Positions 9,987-19,312 are shown, counted from the stretch's first letter. The stretch is DNA of 19,312 nt from Methanothermococcus sp. SCGC AD-155-E23 (GCA_019561615.1 JAHEQA010000048.1:1-19312), one strand, 5' to 3'. Made by a program: numbers and translations. Notes: generated by a model not told the origin, from the sequence alone.

Positions 9987-10577
9987 TTAATATCTTCTCC
10001 ATCTCCTGGCTATGTCCACAAAGTTCTTAACTATCTTTAAACCTTCCTTACTCTCCCACTCTGTAAGTACACTCTCTGGGTGAAACTGTACCCCCTCAAT
10101 AGGTCTATACCTATGTCTTATGCCCATTATTATCTTCTCCTCCCCTAGGGTAACGGCACTGATCTCAAAGTCTCTAGGTACCTCCAACACAGCCAGGGAG
10201 TGATACCTTCCTCCCATAAAGGGATTTTTCACACCTTTAAATATACCCTTTCCATCATGTTTTATTGGAGAGGCCTTGCCATGGACAGGGTGTACCTTTC
10301 CCACCTTTCCTCCAAAGGTATAGGCTATGATCTGATGTCCCAGGCAGACACCTAGTATAGGGATATTCAAACTCCTTACAATCTCTGGGCAGTTCTTAAC
10401 GTCCCTCTTTCTCTCTGGACTTCCAGGACCTGGAGATATGATGATACCTAAGGGGTCTATCTCCCTAACCTCCTCCAAGGTTATGGTATTTGGTACCACC
10501 TCTACACTTTCATAGATAGAGGCGTACTCTGCCAAATTCCATACAAAGGAGTCCCTGTTATCTATGATAAGTATCAT
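9987..10577 (-). CDS. trpG: Anthranilate synthase component II (glutamine amidotransferase)
   Basis: IDNRDSF, SPGPG, GVCLGHQ, RYHSL, QFHPES class I GATase motifs; directly follows trpE. Confidence 0.94.
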   Translation of the reverse strand: MILIIDNRDSFVWNLAEYASIYESVEVVPNTITLEEVREIDPLGIIISPGPGSPERKRDVKNCPEIVRSLNIPILGVCLGHQIIAYTFGGKVGKVHPVHGKASPIKHDGKGIFKGVKNPFMGGRYHSLAVLEVPRDFEISAVTLGEEKIIMGIRHRYRPIEGVQFHPESVLTEWESKEGLKIVKNFVDIARRWRRY

Positions 10578-10587
10578 CCTTTCACCG

Positions 10588-11937
10588 TTACCTTCTAACC
10601 TTCAGGGCACTCATCATTGCAGCCATCTTCCTCTCAGTCTCTATGTACTCCTTCTCCGGTATGGAATCTGCCACTACCCCTGCCCCTGCCCTAACCCTTA
10701 TAAGGTTATCTTTCTCTATCTCAGCCATCCTTATGGCAATTGCAGTATCTCCGTAGTTGTTCAGGGAGAAGTAACCTACGGCCCCTCCATATATCCTCCT
10801 CCTAGATTTCTCCAGGGTGTCTATTATCTCCATGGCCCTGTACTTAGGTGCTCCAGTTAAAGTACCTGCTGGGAAGGCAGCCTCTATCCCATCGAAGATG
10901 GTAACATCCTCCCTTAACTCCCCAACGACTTCACTCTCTATATGTTGTACATGACTGTACCTAACTACCTCAAAGAACCTCTTCAATCTAACAGATCCAG
11001 GTTTTGAAACCTTTCTAACGTCGTTCCTTGCCAAATCCACGAGCATCACATGTTCAGCCCTCTCCTTCTCATCCTGGAGAAGTTTCTCTGCCAGTTTCTT
11101 CGTCTCCTCCTCAGTCCTTCCAACGTTTATAGTCCCTGCAATGGGGTTTATCTTCAGTATATTCCCCTCCACCGAGGCCATAGTTTCAGGTGAGGCCCCT
11201 AAAACCTTCTTTTCAAACTCCAGGAAGAACATATATGGACTTGGACTTATATCCCTGAGATTCCTGTATATCTGAAAGGGTGAAAGTTCACTTCTTAAGT
11301 TGTACTCCCTGGATATAACTATCTGAAAGGCGTCTCCATCGTATATGTACTCCTTGGCCCTCTTCACCATCTCTATATACTCCTCCCTTCCAGCATCACA
11401 ACCTAATATCTCCGAACCTCCCAACTCCTCCTGAACCTCTCTATTTCTCGCCTTCTCAACTATTCTCTCGGCCCTCTTTATCTCCTCCTCTGAGTTATTC
11501 AGTGTAAGGTAGTAGTACCTGTTAAGTACATGGTCGTATACGTAGACACTCCTGTAGTATCCAAAGACTGAGGCCTCCTGGATATCTCCTCCTATGTAGT
11601 TATGTATGGCGTCATAGGCGATATACCCTAAAAAGCCCCCTATAAACCTCTCTTTACTATCGACATTTAAGGGTACTTTATCCCCTATCTCCTGGAGGTA
11701 TACCTCCTTTAGACCTTTGAAGGGGTTGCTCTCCTTAGAGACCCTGGTGCTGTCTACCCTTGTATCCCTCTTTATCCTTACAACAAACTCTGGATCGGCA
11801 GAGATGTAGGTATACCTTGCCTTTGAGGGATGCTTATCCCTAGATTCCAATATAAAGGGATACCTCCCCTCCTCTCTTAACACACTGTATAACTTTATAG
11901 GGTCCACATATTGGAACTTTCTTCTGTAAATTTTCAT
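10588..11937 (-). CDS. trpE: Anthranilate synthase component I
   Basis: FILES, PSPYM, GASPE, PIAGT, KERAEHVMLVDLARND, FPAGTLTGAPK, YGGAVG, RAGAGVVADS. Confidence 0.95.
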   Translation of the reverse strand: MKIYRRKFQYVDPIKLYSVLREEGRYPFILESRDKHPSKARYTYISADPEFVVRIKRDTRVDSTRVSKESNPFKGLKEVYLQEIGDKVPLNVDSKERFIGGFLGYIAYDAIHNYIGGDIQEASVFGYYRSVYVYDHVLNRYYYLTLNNSEEEIKRAERIVEKARNREVQEELGGSEILGCDAGREEYIEMVKRAKEYIYDGDAFQIVISREYNLRSELSPFQIYRNLRDISPSPYMFFLEFEKKVLGASPETMASVEGNILKINPIAGTINVGRTEEETKKLAEKLLQDEKERAEHVMLVDLARNDVRKVSKPGSVRLKRFFEVVRYSHVQHIESEVVGELREDVTIFDGIEAAFPAGTLTGAPKYRAMEIIDTLEKSRRRIYGGAVGYFSLNNYGDTAIAIRMAEIEKDNLIRVRAGAGVVADSIPEKEYIETERKMAAMMSALKVRR

Positions 11938-11939
11938 AA

Positions 11940-12722
11940 CTATCTCCTTAAAAAAGTATTTTTACTTCCCTCTAAAACACCCTCCTTCAACTCCTTACAC
12001 TTCTCCTCAAGTTTTCTTACAGTTTCTTCAGAATCCCCATATCTCTCAATTATCTTTACATAGGCACTTCCTACAACAACCCCATCTGCTCCAGCCTCGA
12101 TAAATCTCCTGGCATGCTCCTTCCTGGATATTCCAAAACCAACGTAGATGGGATTTTTACATATCCTCTTGGCCCTCTTTAAAAAGTTAATTGCCAAGTT
12201 GGAGATGTCCTCCCTAACCCCTGTAGTACCGTAGAGTGAAACGAGATAGAGAAAGAGGGAGCACGCCCTGTCTATCTTCCTCAGCCTCTCCTCTGGGGTA
12301 TTTGGAGCTGCAAGGAATACTGTACCTATGTTATACCTTCTACAGATGGAGAGGTAATCTCCAGCCTCCTCCACAGGTAGATCCACTACTATTAAACCAT
12401 TACCCCCTGCCTCCTTCAACCTCCTAACAAAGTTCTCCACCCCCATATTAAATACAGGGTTATAGTAGGTCATTACAACTACAGGGGTGTTAGAGTATCT
12501 CCTAAACTCCCTTATAATATCAAACACCTTTGAAATCCTCATCCCACCCTTTAACGCCCTGACATTTGCCTTCTGAATGGTCTCCCCATCTGCCATGGGA
12601 TCACTGAAAGGTATACCTAACTCTATTATATCTGAGTACCTGCTAAGAGCCCTCATAAATCTCAGTGTTGCCTCTATATTGGGATCCCCTGCAACTATAA
12701 AACTAACTAGCTTCTTCTCCAT
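11940..12722 (-). CDS. trpA: Tryptophan synthase alpha chain
   Basis: [49 protein letters not shown]. Confidence 0.97.
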   Translation of the reverse strand: MEKKLVSFIVAGDPNIEATLRFMRALSRYSDIIELGIPFSDPMADGETIQKANVRALKGGMRISKVFDIIREFRRYSNTPVVVMTYYNPVFNMGVENFVRRLKEAGGNGLIVVDLPVEEAGDYLSICRRYNIGTVFLAAPNTPEERLRKIDRACSLFLYLVSLYGTTGVREDISNLAINFLKRAKRICKNPIYVGFGISRKEHARRFIEAGADGVVVGSAYVKIIERYGDSEETVRKLEEKCKELKEGVLEGSKNTFLRR

Positions 12723-12734
12723 GTAATCACTCCC

Positions 12735-13898
12735 TTAAAATTCTACATACTTCATTACTGTATGTAGGTCCTTATCCCCCCTACCTGAGAGGTTTACTAT
12801 AATAATCTCCTCTCTGTCCATCTCCTTCGCTATCTTCATTGCATAGGCGAGGGCGTGGGAGGACTCAAGGGCTGGGATTATACCCTCTACCCTAGAGAGT
12901 TCCAGGAAGGCGTTCAAGGCCTCCTTATCTGTTACTCCCACGTACTCCACTCTACCAATATCCTTGAGATAGGCATGTTCAGGTCCTACCCCTGGATAAT
13001 CCAGTCCTGCAGAGATACTGTGGGTGGTTTTAATCTGTCCATCCTCATCCTGGAGGAAGTAGGAGTACATACCATGGAGTATTCCCTTCCTACCTCTAAG
13101 TAAGGTGGCGGCATGTCTATCTGTATCTAGACCCTCTCCAGCAGCCTCAACCCCAATTAGTCTAACCTCTCTGTAGTCTATAAACTCGTGGAAGATACCT
13201 ATGGCGTTGCTACCCCCTCCAACACAGGCCACAATACAGTCAGGGAGTCTTCCCTCTATCTCCAGTATCTGTCTCTTAGCCTCCCTTCCTATAACAGATT
13301 GAAAGTCTCTAACCATGGTGGGATAGGGGTGGGGTCCTACTACAGACCCTATTAGGTAGTGGGTGTACTCGAAGGTCTCTACCCAGTCCCTTAAGGCCTC
13401 ATTGATGGCATCCTTTAAAGTCTTTGAACCAGAGTCTACTGGATATACCTCTGCCCCGTGGAGTTTCATCTTATAAACATTTAACTTCTGCCTCTCCATA
13501 TCTACAGTTCCCATGTATATTCGAGTTTTCATCTTAAAAAGTGCCCCAGCCATGGCGGTAGAGAGTCCATGCTCCCCCGCCCCAGTCTCTGCTATCAGTC
13601 TTGTTTTACCCATCTTCTTTGCCAGGAGTGCCTGACCTATACTGTTGTTTATCTTGTGGGCACCTCCAAGTAGTAGATCCTCCCTCTTTAGGTATATCTT
13701 AGCCCCTCCTATCTTCTCTGTAAGGTTCTTTGCAAAGTAGAGGGGGGTCTCCCTCCCGGCGTAGTTCTTTAGGTAGTAGTCAAGTTCCTCCCTAAACTCA
13801 GGGTCATCTCTGTACTCCTTGTACGCCTTCTCCAGCTCTTTTAGGGGAGGTTTAAGTACCTCTGGAACGTACTGTCCCCCGTACTCTCCAAATCTCAT
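12735..13898 (-). CDS. trpB: Tryptophan synthase beta chain (TrpB1)
   Basis: [14 protein letters not shown] lysine in [42 protein letters not shown]; RBS GGTGA upstream. Confidence 0.97.
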   Translation of the reverse strand: MRFGEYGGQYVPEVLKPPLKELEKAYKEYRDDPEFREELDYYLKNYAGRETPLYFAKNLTEKIGGAKIYLKREDLLLGGAHKINNSIGQALLAKKMGKTRLIAETGAGEHGLSTAMAGALFKMKTRIYMGTVDMERQKLNVYKMKLHGAEVYPVDSGSKTLKDAINEALRDWVETFEYTHYLIGSVVGPHPYPTMVRDFQSVIGREAKRQILEIEGRLPDCIVACVGGGSNAIGIFHEFIDYREVRLIGVEAAGEGLDTDRHAATLLRGRKGILHGMYSYFLQDEDGQIKTTHSISAGLDYPGVGPEHAYLKDIGRVEYVGVTDKEALNAFLELSRVEGIIPALESSHALAYAMKIAKEMDREEIIIVNLSGRGDKDLHTVMKYVEF

Positions 13899-13919
13899 CC
13901 CTCTATCACCACCTAGATG

Positions 13920-14084
13920 TTAAATGAAGATACCGTAGTTCAGAATAACTTCAAGAATTATAATAGAGATGGTAATTCCAATTACCTTTTCAGGAGATAC
14001 TTTTATCTTGGAGATGTCAACATCCATATATCTAATCAATCCTGCACTTGTGGCCAACCCTCTATCTTCATCTCTCCTTGCCAT
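13920..14084 (-). CDS. secG: Preprotein translocase subunit Sec61beta (archaeal SecG), 54 aa
   Basis: Manual translation: [54 protein letters not shown]. Has the SAGLIRY and KVSPE motifs plus one C-terminal TM helix; GTGAT RBS-like element upstream; fills the gap between aglB and trpB. Confidence 0.93.
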   Translation of the reverse strand: MARRDEDRGLATSAGLIRYMDVDISKIKVSPEKVIGITISIIILEVILNYGIFI

Positions 14085-14105
14085 GGTATCACTTTAAAAA
14101 ATTTT

Positions 14106-16712
14106 TTAATTTAAATAGTCCTTCCCATAATCCACCTTGTATATCTTAAACCCTGGCTGTACACCTGGATGTGTAGGATCCCAGGAGGCCTTGACTAATT
14201 TAATATGTTTCAACCCACTGGCATCTAGGAAGTGAAGTTTTGTATATATGCTGTCCTCCAGATTCCTTGTGGATATCCAGGCGTACGCCATGTAGGTTTC
14301 ATTGTTGATAGGTTCCAATCTAACGATTAAACTGTAGGTACCATTCTCACTGAATACCCTCTGGTATAACTTATCACCCTTTTTCACAACAACCTTGTGG
14401 AACCCTGTTGTCCTTTCATTTATCACCCTATTTCTATTTAAATCATATACCACATCGGAGCTGTAGAGGGTGTTATTCCTTATAACTATAAGGTTTACAA
14501 CCATGTAGTTGTTACTGGTCTCAACAGGTACTCTCACTACAAGGGATCTGTTAACAGGGAACCCATCTCCACCAGGTAATCTTACATAGAATCCTTTCTC
14601 CCTCTGATAGATGGGGGTTTCTGGAGGTAGGTCAAAATTCCAGAAACCAAACATACTCCAGACAGGAGCTATATCGGTCATCCTGTTGTAGGTTATAAGA
14701 TAGTCTGGGTTAGGATCTTCTGGATGGGTGTAGTTTAGAAGTGTTCTTGCATCCCTCTCACTTAGATGGTACCTCTCAGTTAGTATCCTGTAGGCCTCAC
14801 TTCTACTTAGGGGCAGTATCTCGTTAAGTATCTTAACTGTCTTAGATACGTTGTTATGGGTATAGTTCATCAGTATACCTCCTCTTTCAAAGGCCTTATC
14901 TCCACTTGTAGCCAGCATCCTTATTATACCTACTGAGAGGTTTTCGTTAGAGGTGGCAAAGGCCCTACCTACCCAGTAGGCCCTTGGAGTGTTCTGGGAT
15001 CCTCCGTCAAAGGTTACCATCTTCCTTGTAGCCCAGGCGTAGATATGCCCGTTGTCCCACCAACAGGTAATCACTGTATTATTTGGTGTCTCATTTTTTA
15101 TCCAGTCTAAACCTTCTTTCCATCCGTTGTTAAATGTTGGTACCGTGTAGAAGGGCACTGCACTGGCTAAGGTGGGTAGAACTAGGGACAGTGCCAGGAG
15201 TATGGCCATAACCTCCTTGATCCTGTTAGAGGAGAGTACTATATCAACTAACTTGTAGAGGGTAAGTACCAGGAGGGCTAGGAGAAATCCATAGGCTACA
15301 ACTGGGACGTAGGTTGTGGGGAGTATAATCTTTGGTATCTCTGGAAAGGTTCTATAGAGGACATAGAGGAAGAGTATTACAACTGTTGGATAGAATATCC
15401 ACTTTATCACTTCATCCTCCCTTCTCTTTATAAGGTTTATCAGCTGCCCTACCAGTATACCAATACCTATACACAGTGGAGGTACCATTAAGCCAATAAA
15501 TCTAGCCCCCTTTGTAGCAGCGTAGAATGTTGCAACGAGCCATATTGTAAGGAGGAGGGCATACTTGAGATCTATTTTTATATCCTCCTTCTCATACCTC
15601 ATGGAGATAAAGGAGGTGAGTATTCCCAGAACCCCTAGTATAAATAGGAAGGGGTTACCTAACGCCCCATTAATAATCTCCTCCAGTGTAGGAGTTTGAA
15701 GTTCAGCCACAGTGGTAAATACGTTAGGCCAACCTGTAGTCTTAGTGACATCCTTTATCTTGATAAACTCAAAGGGTGATAGGATACCTCCTATGAAAGT
15801 ATCTGGACCGTAGAGGAGGGATATGAGAAGGGCACTACCAAGGATGAAGGTAGCTGCTATAGGTAGTAGTGTCTTTACATCCTCTACCAGAAGTGGGAGG
15901 GGTATCTTATCTTTGTACCTACTTACCAGGAGGGTGTATAGCACGTAGAGTATTAGGAAAACTGCTACCACGTAGTATCCGTACCACCAACCTACCCACA
16001 TCCTTGGAGCCAGGACCATGGTAAGGGTGGCCAAGAAGGTGTAGAGGAGGGACAACTTTAGATTCCTCTGGTTGTGAAGTGCCTCCATAATAAACCATAC
16101 TATGAAGAGTATAGGAAGTATTTCGAAGATAGGGGTATCTGCAAAACCTGCAGAGGTCTTGTAAAGTAGTGCAGGTGTGGAGATCATAATCAGTGCCCCT
16201 ACAATTCCAGCAATGTTACTCCTGGTAACTCTCCTAACTATAAAGAATATTGGTATTCCCAGGAGGATGCTTAGAAGGGGTGGTACCCAGAAGGCTGCAT
16301 TCATGAGGGTAACTGTGGGATCTAGGGAGTGCCATATACTATACACTGCAATAGTTGCATAGGTTATTGCAGGTACAGGTCCTGTTATGGGACGACCAGG
16401 AGGGGCGTACTGACAGGTGTCATAGGGTACCCACTTTCCATCTATATACTTCAAGGTCTCTCCTAGATGACCATGTCTGTAGTAGTTCTCTGTAAGTCTC
16501 AGGTAGTAGTAGGGGTCTATTGCCACAAGGTACATCCTACCATTTTCATCGGAGAATACCTTCTTTAAAAGTTCGTTGTCAGTGAATCCCATATCTGCAG
16601 GTTGGGCCCTCAGTTGGAAACTCATAAGTCCTATAAGGAGAAGTATGAGAAGTAACTTCAGATGTTTATATCTCTTGAAAAACCCCTGGATCTTCTCCAA
16701 CACCTCTCTCAT
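14106..16712 (-). CDS. aglB: Oligosaccharyltransferase AglB (STT3 family)
   Basis: 868 aa, multi-TM N-terminal half with DPYY, GFADT and TVAE; C-terminal domain with WWDNG and DGG; RBS GGAGGT. Confidence 0.95.
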   Translation of the reverse strand: MREVLEKIQGFFKRYKHLKLLLILLLIGLMSFQLRAQPADMGFTDNELLKKVFSDENGRMYLVAIDPYYYLRLTENYYRHGHLGETLKYIDGKWVPYDTCQYAPPGRPITGPVPAITYATIAVYSIWHSLDPTVTLMNAAFWVPPLLSILLGIPIFFIVRRVTRSNIAGIVGALIMISTPALLYKTSAGFADTPIFEILPILFIVWFIMEALHNQRNLKLSLLYTFLATLTMVLAPRMWVGWWYGYYVVAVFLILYVLYTLLVSRYKDKIPLPLLVEDVKTLLPIAATFILGSALLISLLYGPDTFIGGILSPFEFIKIKDVTKTTGWPNVFTTVAELQTPTLEEIINGALGNPFLFILGVLGILTSFISMRYEKEDIKIDLKYALLLTIWLVATFYAATKGARFIGLMVPPLCIGIGILVGQLINLIKRREDEVIKWIFYPTVVILFLYVLYRTFPEIPKIILPTTYVPVVAYGFLLALLVLTLYKLVDIVLSSNRIKEVMAILLALSLVLPTLASAVPFYTVPTFNNGWKEGLDWIKNETPNNTVITCWWDNGHIYAWATRKMVTFDGGSQNTPRAYWVGRAFATSNENLSVGIIRMLATSGDKAFERGGILMNYTHNNVSKTVKILNEILPLSRSEAYRILTERYHLSERDARTLLNYTHPEDPNPDYLITYNRMTDIAPVWSMFGFWNFDLPPETPIYQREKGFYVRLPGGDGFPVNRSLVVRVPVETSNNYMVVNLIVIRNNTLYSSDVVYDLNRNRVINERTTGFHKVVVKKGDKLYQRVFSENGTYSLIVRLEPINNETYMAYAWISTRNLEDSIYTKLHFLDASGLKHIKLVKASWDPTHPGVQPGFKIYKVDYGKDYLN

Positions 16713-16743
16713 ATTTTACCTCCCTTAAATTTTTGAAATATTT

Positions 16744-16769
16744 TTTATAAAGGGGAGTATAATATAAAT
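16744..16769. promoter_or_regulatory. Putative divergent promoter pair (aglB run / acd)
   Basis: 65-bp AT-rich divergent spacer with TTTATAAA (16744-16751) and minus-strand TTTATATT (16768-16761). Confidence 0.45.
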
Positions 16770-16777
16770 TCTTAGGG

Positions 16778-18901
16778 ATGGTTATGCTGGATAGTATCTT
16801 CAATCCAGATTCTGTTGCAGTAATCGGTGCCTCCAATACCAGGGGAAAGGTAGGCTATGCAGTGATGAAGAATTTAAAGGCCTTTGTGGAGTACAACCCT
16901 GATAAAAGAGTATACCCTGTAAATCCCAAGTACAGTGAGGTACTAGGTTTTAAGTGCTACAGATCTATATTGGAGGTTCCAGAGGAGGAGATAGATCTGG
17001 CAGTGATAGTAGTACCTGCGAAGTATGTACCCAAGGTGTTGGAGGAGTGTGGAGAGAAAGGTGTAAAGGGGGCAGTTGTTATCTCGGCAGGTTTCTCAGA
17101 GGTAGGTAACTACCACCTGGAGGAGGAGTTAAAGGCTATTGCCAAAAGGTATAAGATAAGGGTAGTTGGGCCCAACTGTCTTGGAATAATAAACATGTAC
17201 AACAGGCTGAATGCATCCTTCAGTAGGGGATATTTTGCAGAGGGTAACATTACCTTTATATCTCAAAGTGGAGCGCTGATAACTGCCCTCCTGGATATTG
17301 CCCCCCTCCTAAATCTAGGATTCTCCAAAATAGTAAGTCTAGGGAATAAGGTGGATGTACAGGAGAGTGATATACTGGAGTACCTTAAAGGGGATGACAC
17401 CACCCAGGTAGTTGCACTCTACATAGAGAGTATAAAAGATAGAAGGTTTATTGAGGGTGCAAGGGAGTTAGCCAAGGTTAAACCTGTAATAGCACTTAAA
17501 GGTGGAAGGTCTGAAGAGGGGGCAAGGGCTATCTCCTCCCATACTGGGAGTTTGGCAGGAGATATCCAGGTTTATAATGCAGTATTTAAAAAGGGAGGGG
17601 TTATTACAGTGGAGACCTTCGAGGAGTTGGTAGATCTGATGCACCTCCTCTCCACCCAGGGTCCAATGAGAGGAAATAGGTTAGGAGTTGTAACAAATGC
17701 AGGAGGTTTTGGTGTATTGGCTGCAGACAGCTGTAGAAGGTATAACTTAATCCTTCCTGATTTTGAGCCCTCTACCGTGGAGAGGTTAAGGAGGTACCTT
17801 CCAGATACCTCCTCTATATCCAATCCCCTGGATCTCATAGGGGATGCAGATCCCTCAAGGTATAGGAATGCCCTAGAGGCCCTTCTCCAGGATAAAAATA
17901 TAGATGGCATACTTGTAATATTAACACCCCAGGAGATGACAAGACCCCTGGAGGTTGCAGAGGTAATAATAGATATAAAGAGGGAGATTGAAAGGAGGGG
18001 ATTACCTAAAGTGATAGTGGCCTCCTTCGTTGGAGGAGTGTCTATAAAAGGGTCAAAGAGTTATCTAAGGAAAAATGGAGTCCCTGCCTATATATCGCCG
18101 GAGAATGGTGTCAAGGTACTCTCCCTTTCCCACAGGTACAGTACTATGAAAATAGGAGAGGAGAGAGATGGATACCTGGAGGATGTAAGATCCCAACTGA
18201 TAGAGGTTAAGGAGAGAAACTTAGAAACTATAAGGGAACTTCTAAGTAATCCCAACGAGTACAACTCAAAGAGATTCTTAAAACTTCACGGTATAGAGGT
18301 GCCTAGAGGATACCTGGCAAAAACACCAGAGGAGGCTGAGTACTACAGTAGTATCCTGGGAGATGTTGTAATGAAGATATGTTCTAGGTATATACCTCAC
18401 AAGTCTGATATTGGCTGTGTAGTGGTAAAACCTGAGGATGTAAGGGAGGCCTTCCAGAGGATCATGGAGAGAGGTAGAAGGTATCTAAGGGAGAGGGGTA
18501 TTGAGGATGGAATAGATGGGGTGCTTGTTGAGGAGTACATCCAGGGGATGGAACTTATCCTTGGAGGGAAGAGGGATAGGATATTTGGTCCAGTGATTAT
18601 GGTGGGTTTAGGAGGGGTGTTTGTAGAGGTGATGAAGGATGTCTCCTTTGCAATCCATCCCATTACAAGGGAGTACGCCCTTGATACTTTAAAGGAGTTA
18701 AAATCCTACAAGGTGTTGGAGGGTATAAGGGGACGTCCAAGGAGGGATATAGACTTTGTAGTGGACACCATGGTGAGACTTGGAGTGATTATGGAGTTGT
18801 ATCCTGAGATAAGGGAGATAGATATAAATCCCCTCTTTGTAAGGGAGGAGGGTAGGGGAGGATGCGCTGGTGATGCCCTAATAATTGTGGGAGAGGGATA
18901 G
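16778..18901 (+). CDS. acd: Acetate--CoA ligase (ADP-forming), fused alpha/beta
   Basis: CoA-binding domain (VAVIGAS, YPVNP, GPNCLG), ISQSGA, phospho-His [17 protein letters not shown]; ATP-grasp with HKSD and DINP. Alternative start ATG 16784. Confidence 0.92.
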   Translation: MVMLDSIFNPDSVAVIGASNTRGKVGYAVMKNLKAFVEYNPDKRVYPVNPKYSEVLGFKCYRSILEVPEEEIDLAVIVVPAKYVPKVLEECGEKGVKGAVVISAGFSEVGNYHLEEELKAIAKRYKIRVVGPNCLGIINMYNRLNASFSRGYFAEGNITFISQSGALITALLDIAPLLNLGFSKIVSLGNKVDVQESDILEYLKGDDTTQVVALYIESIKDRRFIEGARELAKVKPVIALKGGRSEEGARAISSHTGSLAGDIQVYNAVFKKGGVITVETFEELVDLMHLLSTQGPMRGNRLGVVTNAGGFGVLAADSCRRYNLILPDFEPSTVERLRRYLPDTSSISNPLDLIGDADPSRYRNALEALLQDKNIDGILVILTPQEMTRPLEVAEVIIDIKREIERRGLPKVIVASFVGGVSIKGSKSYLRKNGVPAYISPENGVKVLSLSHRYSTMKIGEERDGYLEDVRSQLIEVKERNLETIRELLSNPNEYNSKRFLKLHGIEVPRGYLAKTPEEAEYYSSILGDVVMKICSRYIPHKSDIGCVVVKPEDVREAFQRIMERGRRYLRERGIEDGIDGVLVEEYIQGMELILGGKRDRIFGPVIMVGLGGVFVEVMKDVSFAIHPITREYALDTLKELKSYKVLEGIRGRPRRDIDFVVDTMVRLGVIMELYPEIREIDINPLFVREEGRGGCAGDALIIVGEG

Positions 18902-18902
18902 A

Positions 18903-19235
18903 TTGAGATTGAGAGTGGAGGCGGGAAATATTCTAGATGAGAGGGTACATGAGATAGGAGTTATAGCCCTAGGTTCCTTCCTGGAGAATCACGGTCCTGT
19001 ACTTCCCCTAGACACAGATGCAAAGATAGCGTCCTATATAGGGTTGATGGCCTCCCTGAGGACAGGTGCCAAATTCCTAGGGGTTGTACTACCCTCAACA
19101 GAGTATCCCTATGTAAAACATGGTATCCACAACAAAGCTGAGGAGGTTGTAGAGTACCTAAGGTTTATACTCTTCACCCTCGTAACCACACCTGTAGCAG
19201 AATCCCTTCATACTCCCACCAGGGAAGGAGATTAG
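18903..19235 (+). CDS. arfB: FAPy deformylase ArfB (creatininase family); homology ends at ~19172, remainder is foreign inverted sequence
   Basis: TTG 18903 after GAGAGGGA; [29 protein letters not shown]. The NxHGGN motif and C-terminal half expected after YLRFIL are absent. Confidence 0.85.
   Translation: MRLRVEAGNILDERVHEIGVIALGSFLENHGPVLPLDTDAKIASYIGLMASLRTGAKFLGVVLPSTEYPYVKHGIHNKAEEVVEYLRFILFTLVTTPVAESLHTPTREGD
19170..19211 (-). CDS. nmd3: 5' fragment (first 14 codons) of nmd3, inverted relative to the gene body at the window start
   Basis: ATG 19211 preceded by GGTGGGAG; translates [14 protein letters not shown] (N-terminal CxxCG knuckle of archaeal NMD3), then runs into antisense arfB and stops at 19158. 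Confidence 0.75.
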
Positions 19236-19312
19236 ATCAACTTAATAGGTTTTATAGCTCCACAGGCCATACACTTGAGGAAGTGGAGTCTACCTTCTTT
19301 AATAATCTTGGT
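19232..19312 (-). CDS. eif2b: Translation initiation factor aIF-2 beta subunit, 3' end (partial)
   Basis: Manual translation from the window edge: [26 protein letters not shown], the C-terminal Zn-ribbon half of archaeal IF-2beta. Confidence 0.88.
   Translation of the reverse strand, partial: TKIIKEGRLHFLKCMACGAIKPIKLI

Noticed and set aside
9216-11937. trpE/trpG acting as pabB/pabA to supply pABA for methanopterin, given adjacency to mptB
   Set aside because: Component I carries the anthranilate-synthase-type PIAGT (PabB typically has PIKGT) and follows trpBA directly; the adjacency is adequately explained by compaction.
9987-13898. Recent horizontal acquisition of trp genes inferred from composition
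   Set aside because: By eye, codon style and GC match the flanking genes; no insertion scars or mobility genes.
13917-14114. 65-aa plus-strand ORF between trpB and aglB
   Set aside because: Antisense shadow of the real minus-strand secG; no recognisable motif.
19173-19235. Novel C-terminal tail or short variant of ArfB ([20 protein letters not shown])
   Set aside because: It is the antisense read-through of the nmd3 start and its spacer, and essential creatininase-family motifs are missing.
1-19312. Window as a circular element because both ends contain nmd3 sequence
   Set aside because: The two nmd3 pieces are on opposite strands, so end-joining does not restore the gene; the content is core chromosomal.

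Overview
Gene-dense archaeal housekeeping region, most likely from a thermophilic Methanococcales methanogen. This is inferred from the gene set (MptB, ArfB, methanogen-type ThiI, catalytic-only MetE, fused ADP-forming acetyl-CoA synthetase), AGG/ATA-rich codons and GGTGA ribosome-binding sites. Plus strand: nmd3 (5'-partial), rpl15e, top6B, gfcR-like, minD. A tightly packed 12-gene minus-strand run follows: aglB, secG (Sec61beta, 54 aa, missed by the ORF track), trpB, trpA, trpE, trpG, mptB, metE, an HTH regulator, coaD, an AEC transporter and thiI. Then come divergent acd and a truncated arfB. I see no RNA genes, CRISPR arrays or mobile elements, and no clear novel multi-gene system. The main anomaly is structural. 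At about 19170 arfB is cut and joined to an inverted fragment carrying the end of aIF-2beta and the first 14 codons of nmd3, i.e. DNA that belongs just upstream of position 1 in the opposite orientation. This is the signature of a ~19 kb inversion junction or an inversion chimera. nmd3 also has an apparent frameshift at about 41-46. Family assignments come from motif recognition and recalled homologues, not from database searches.
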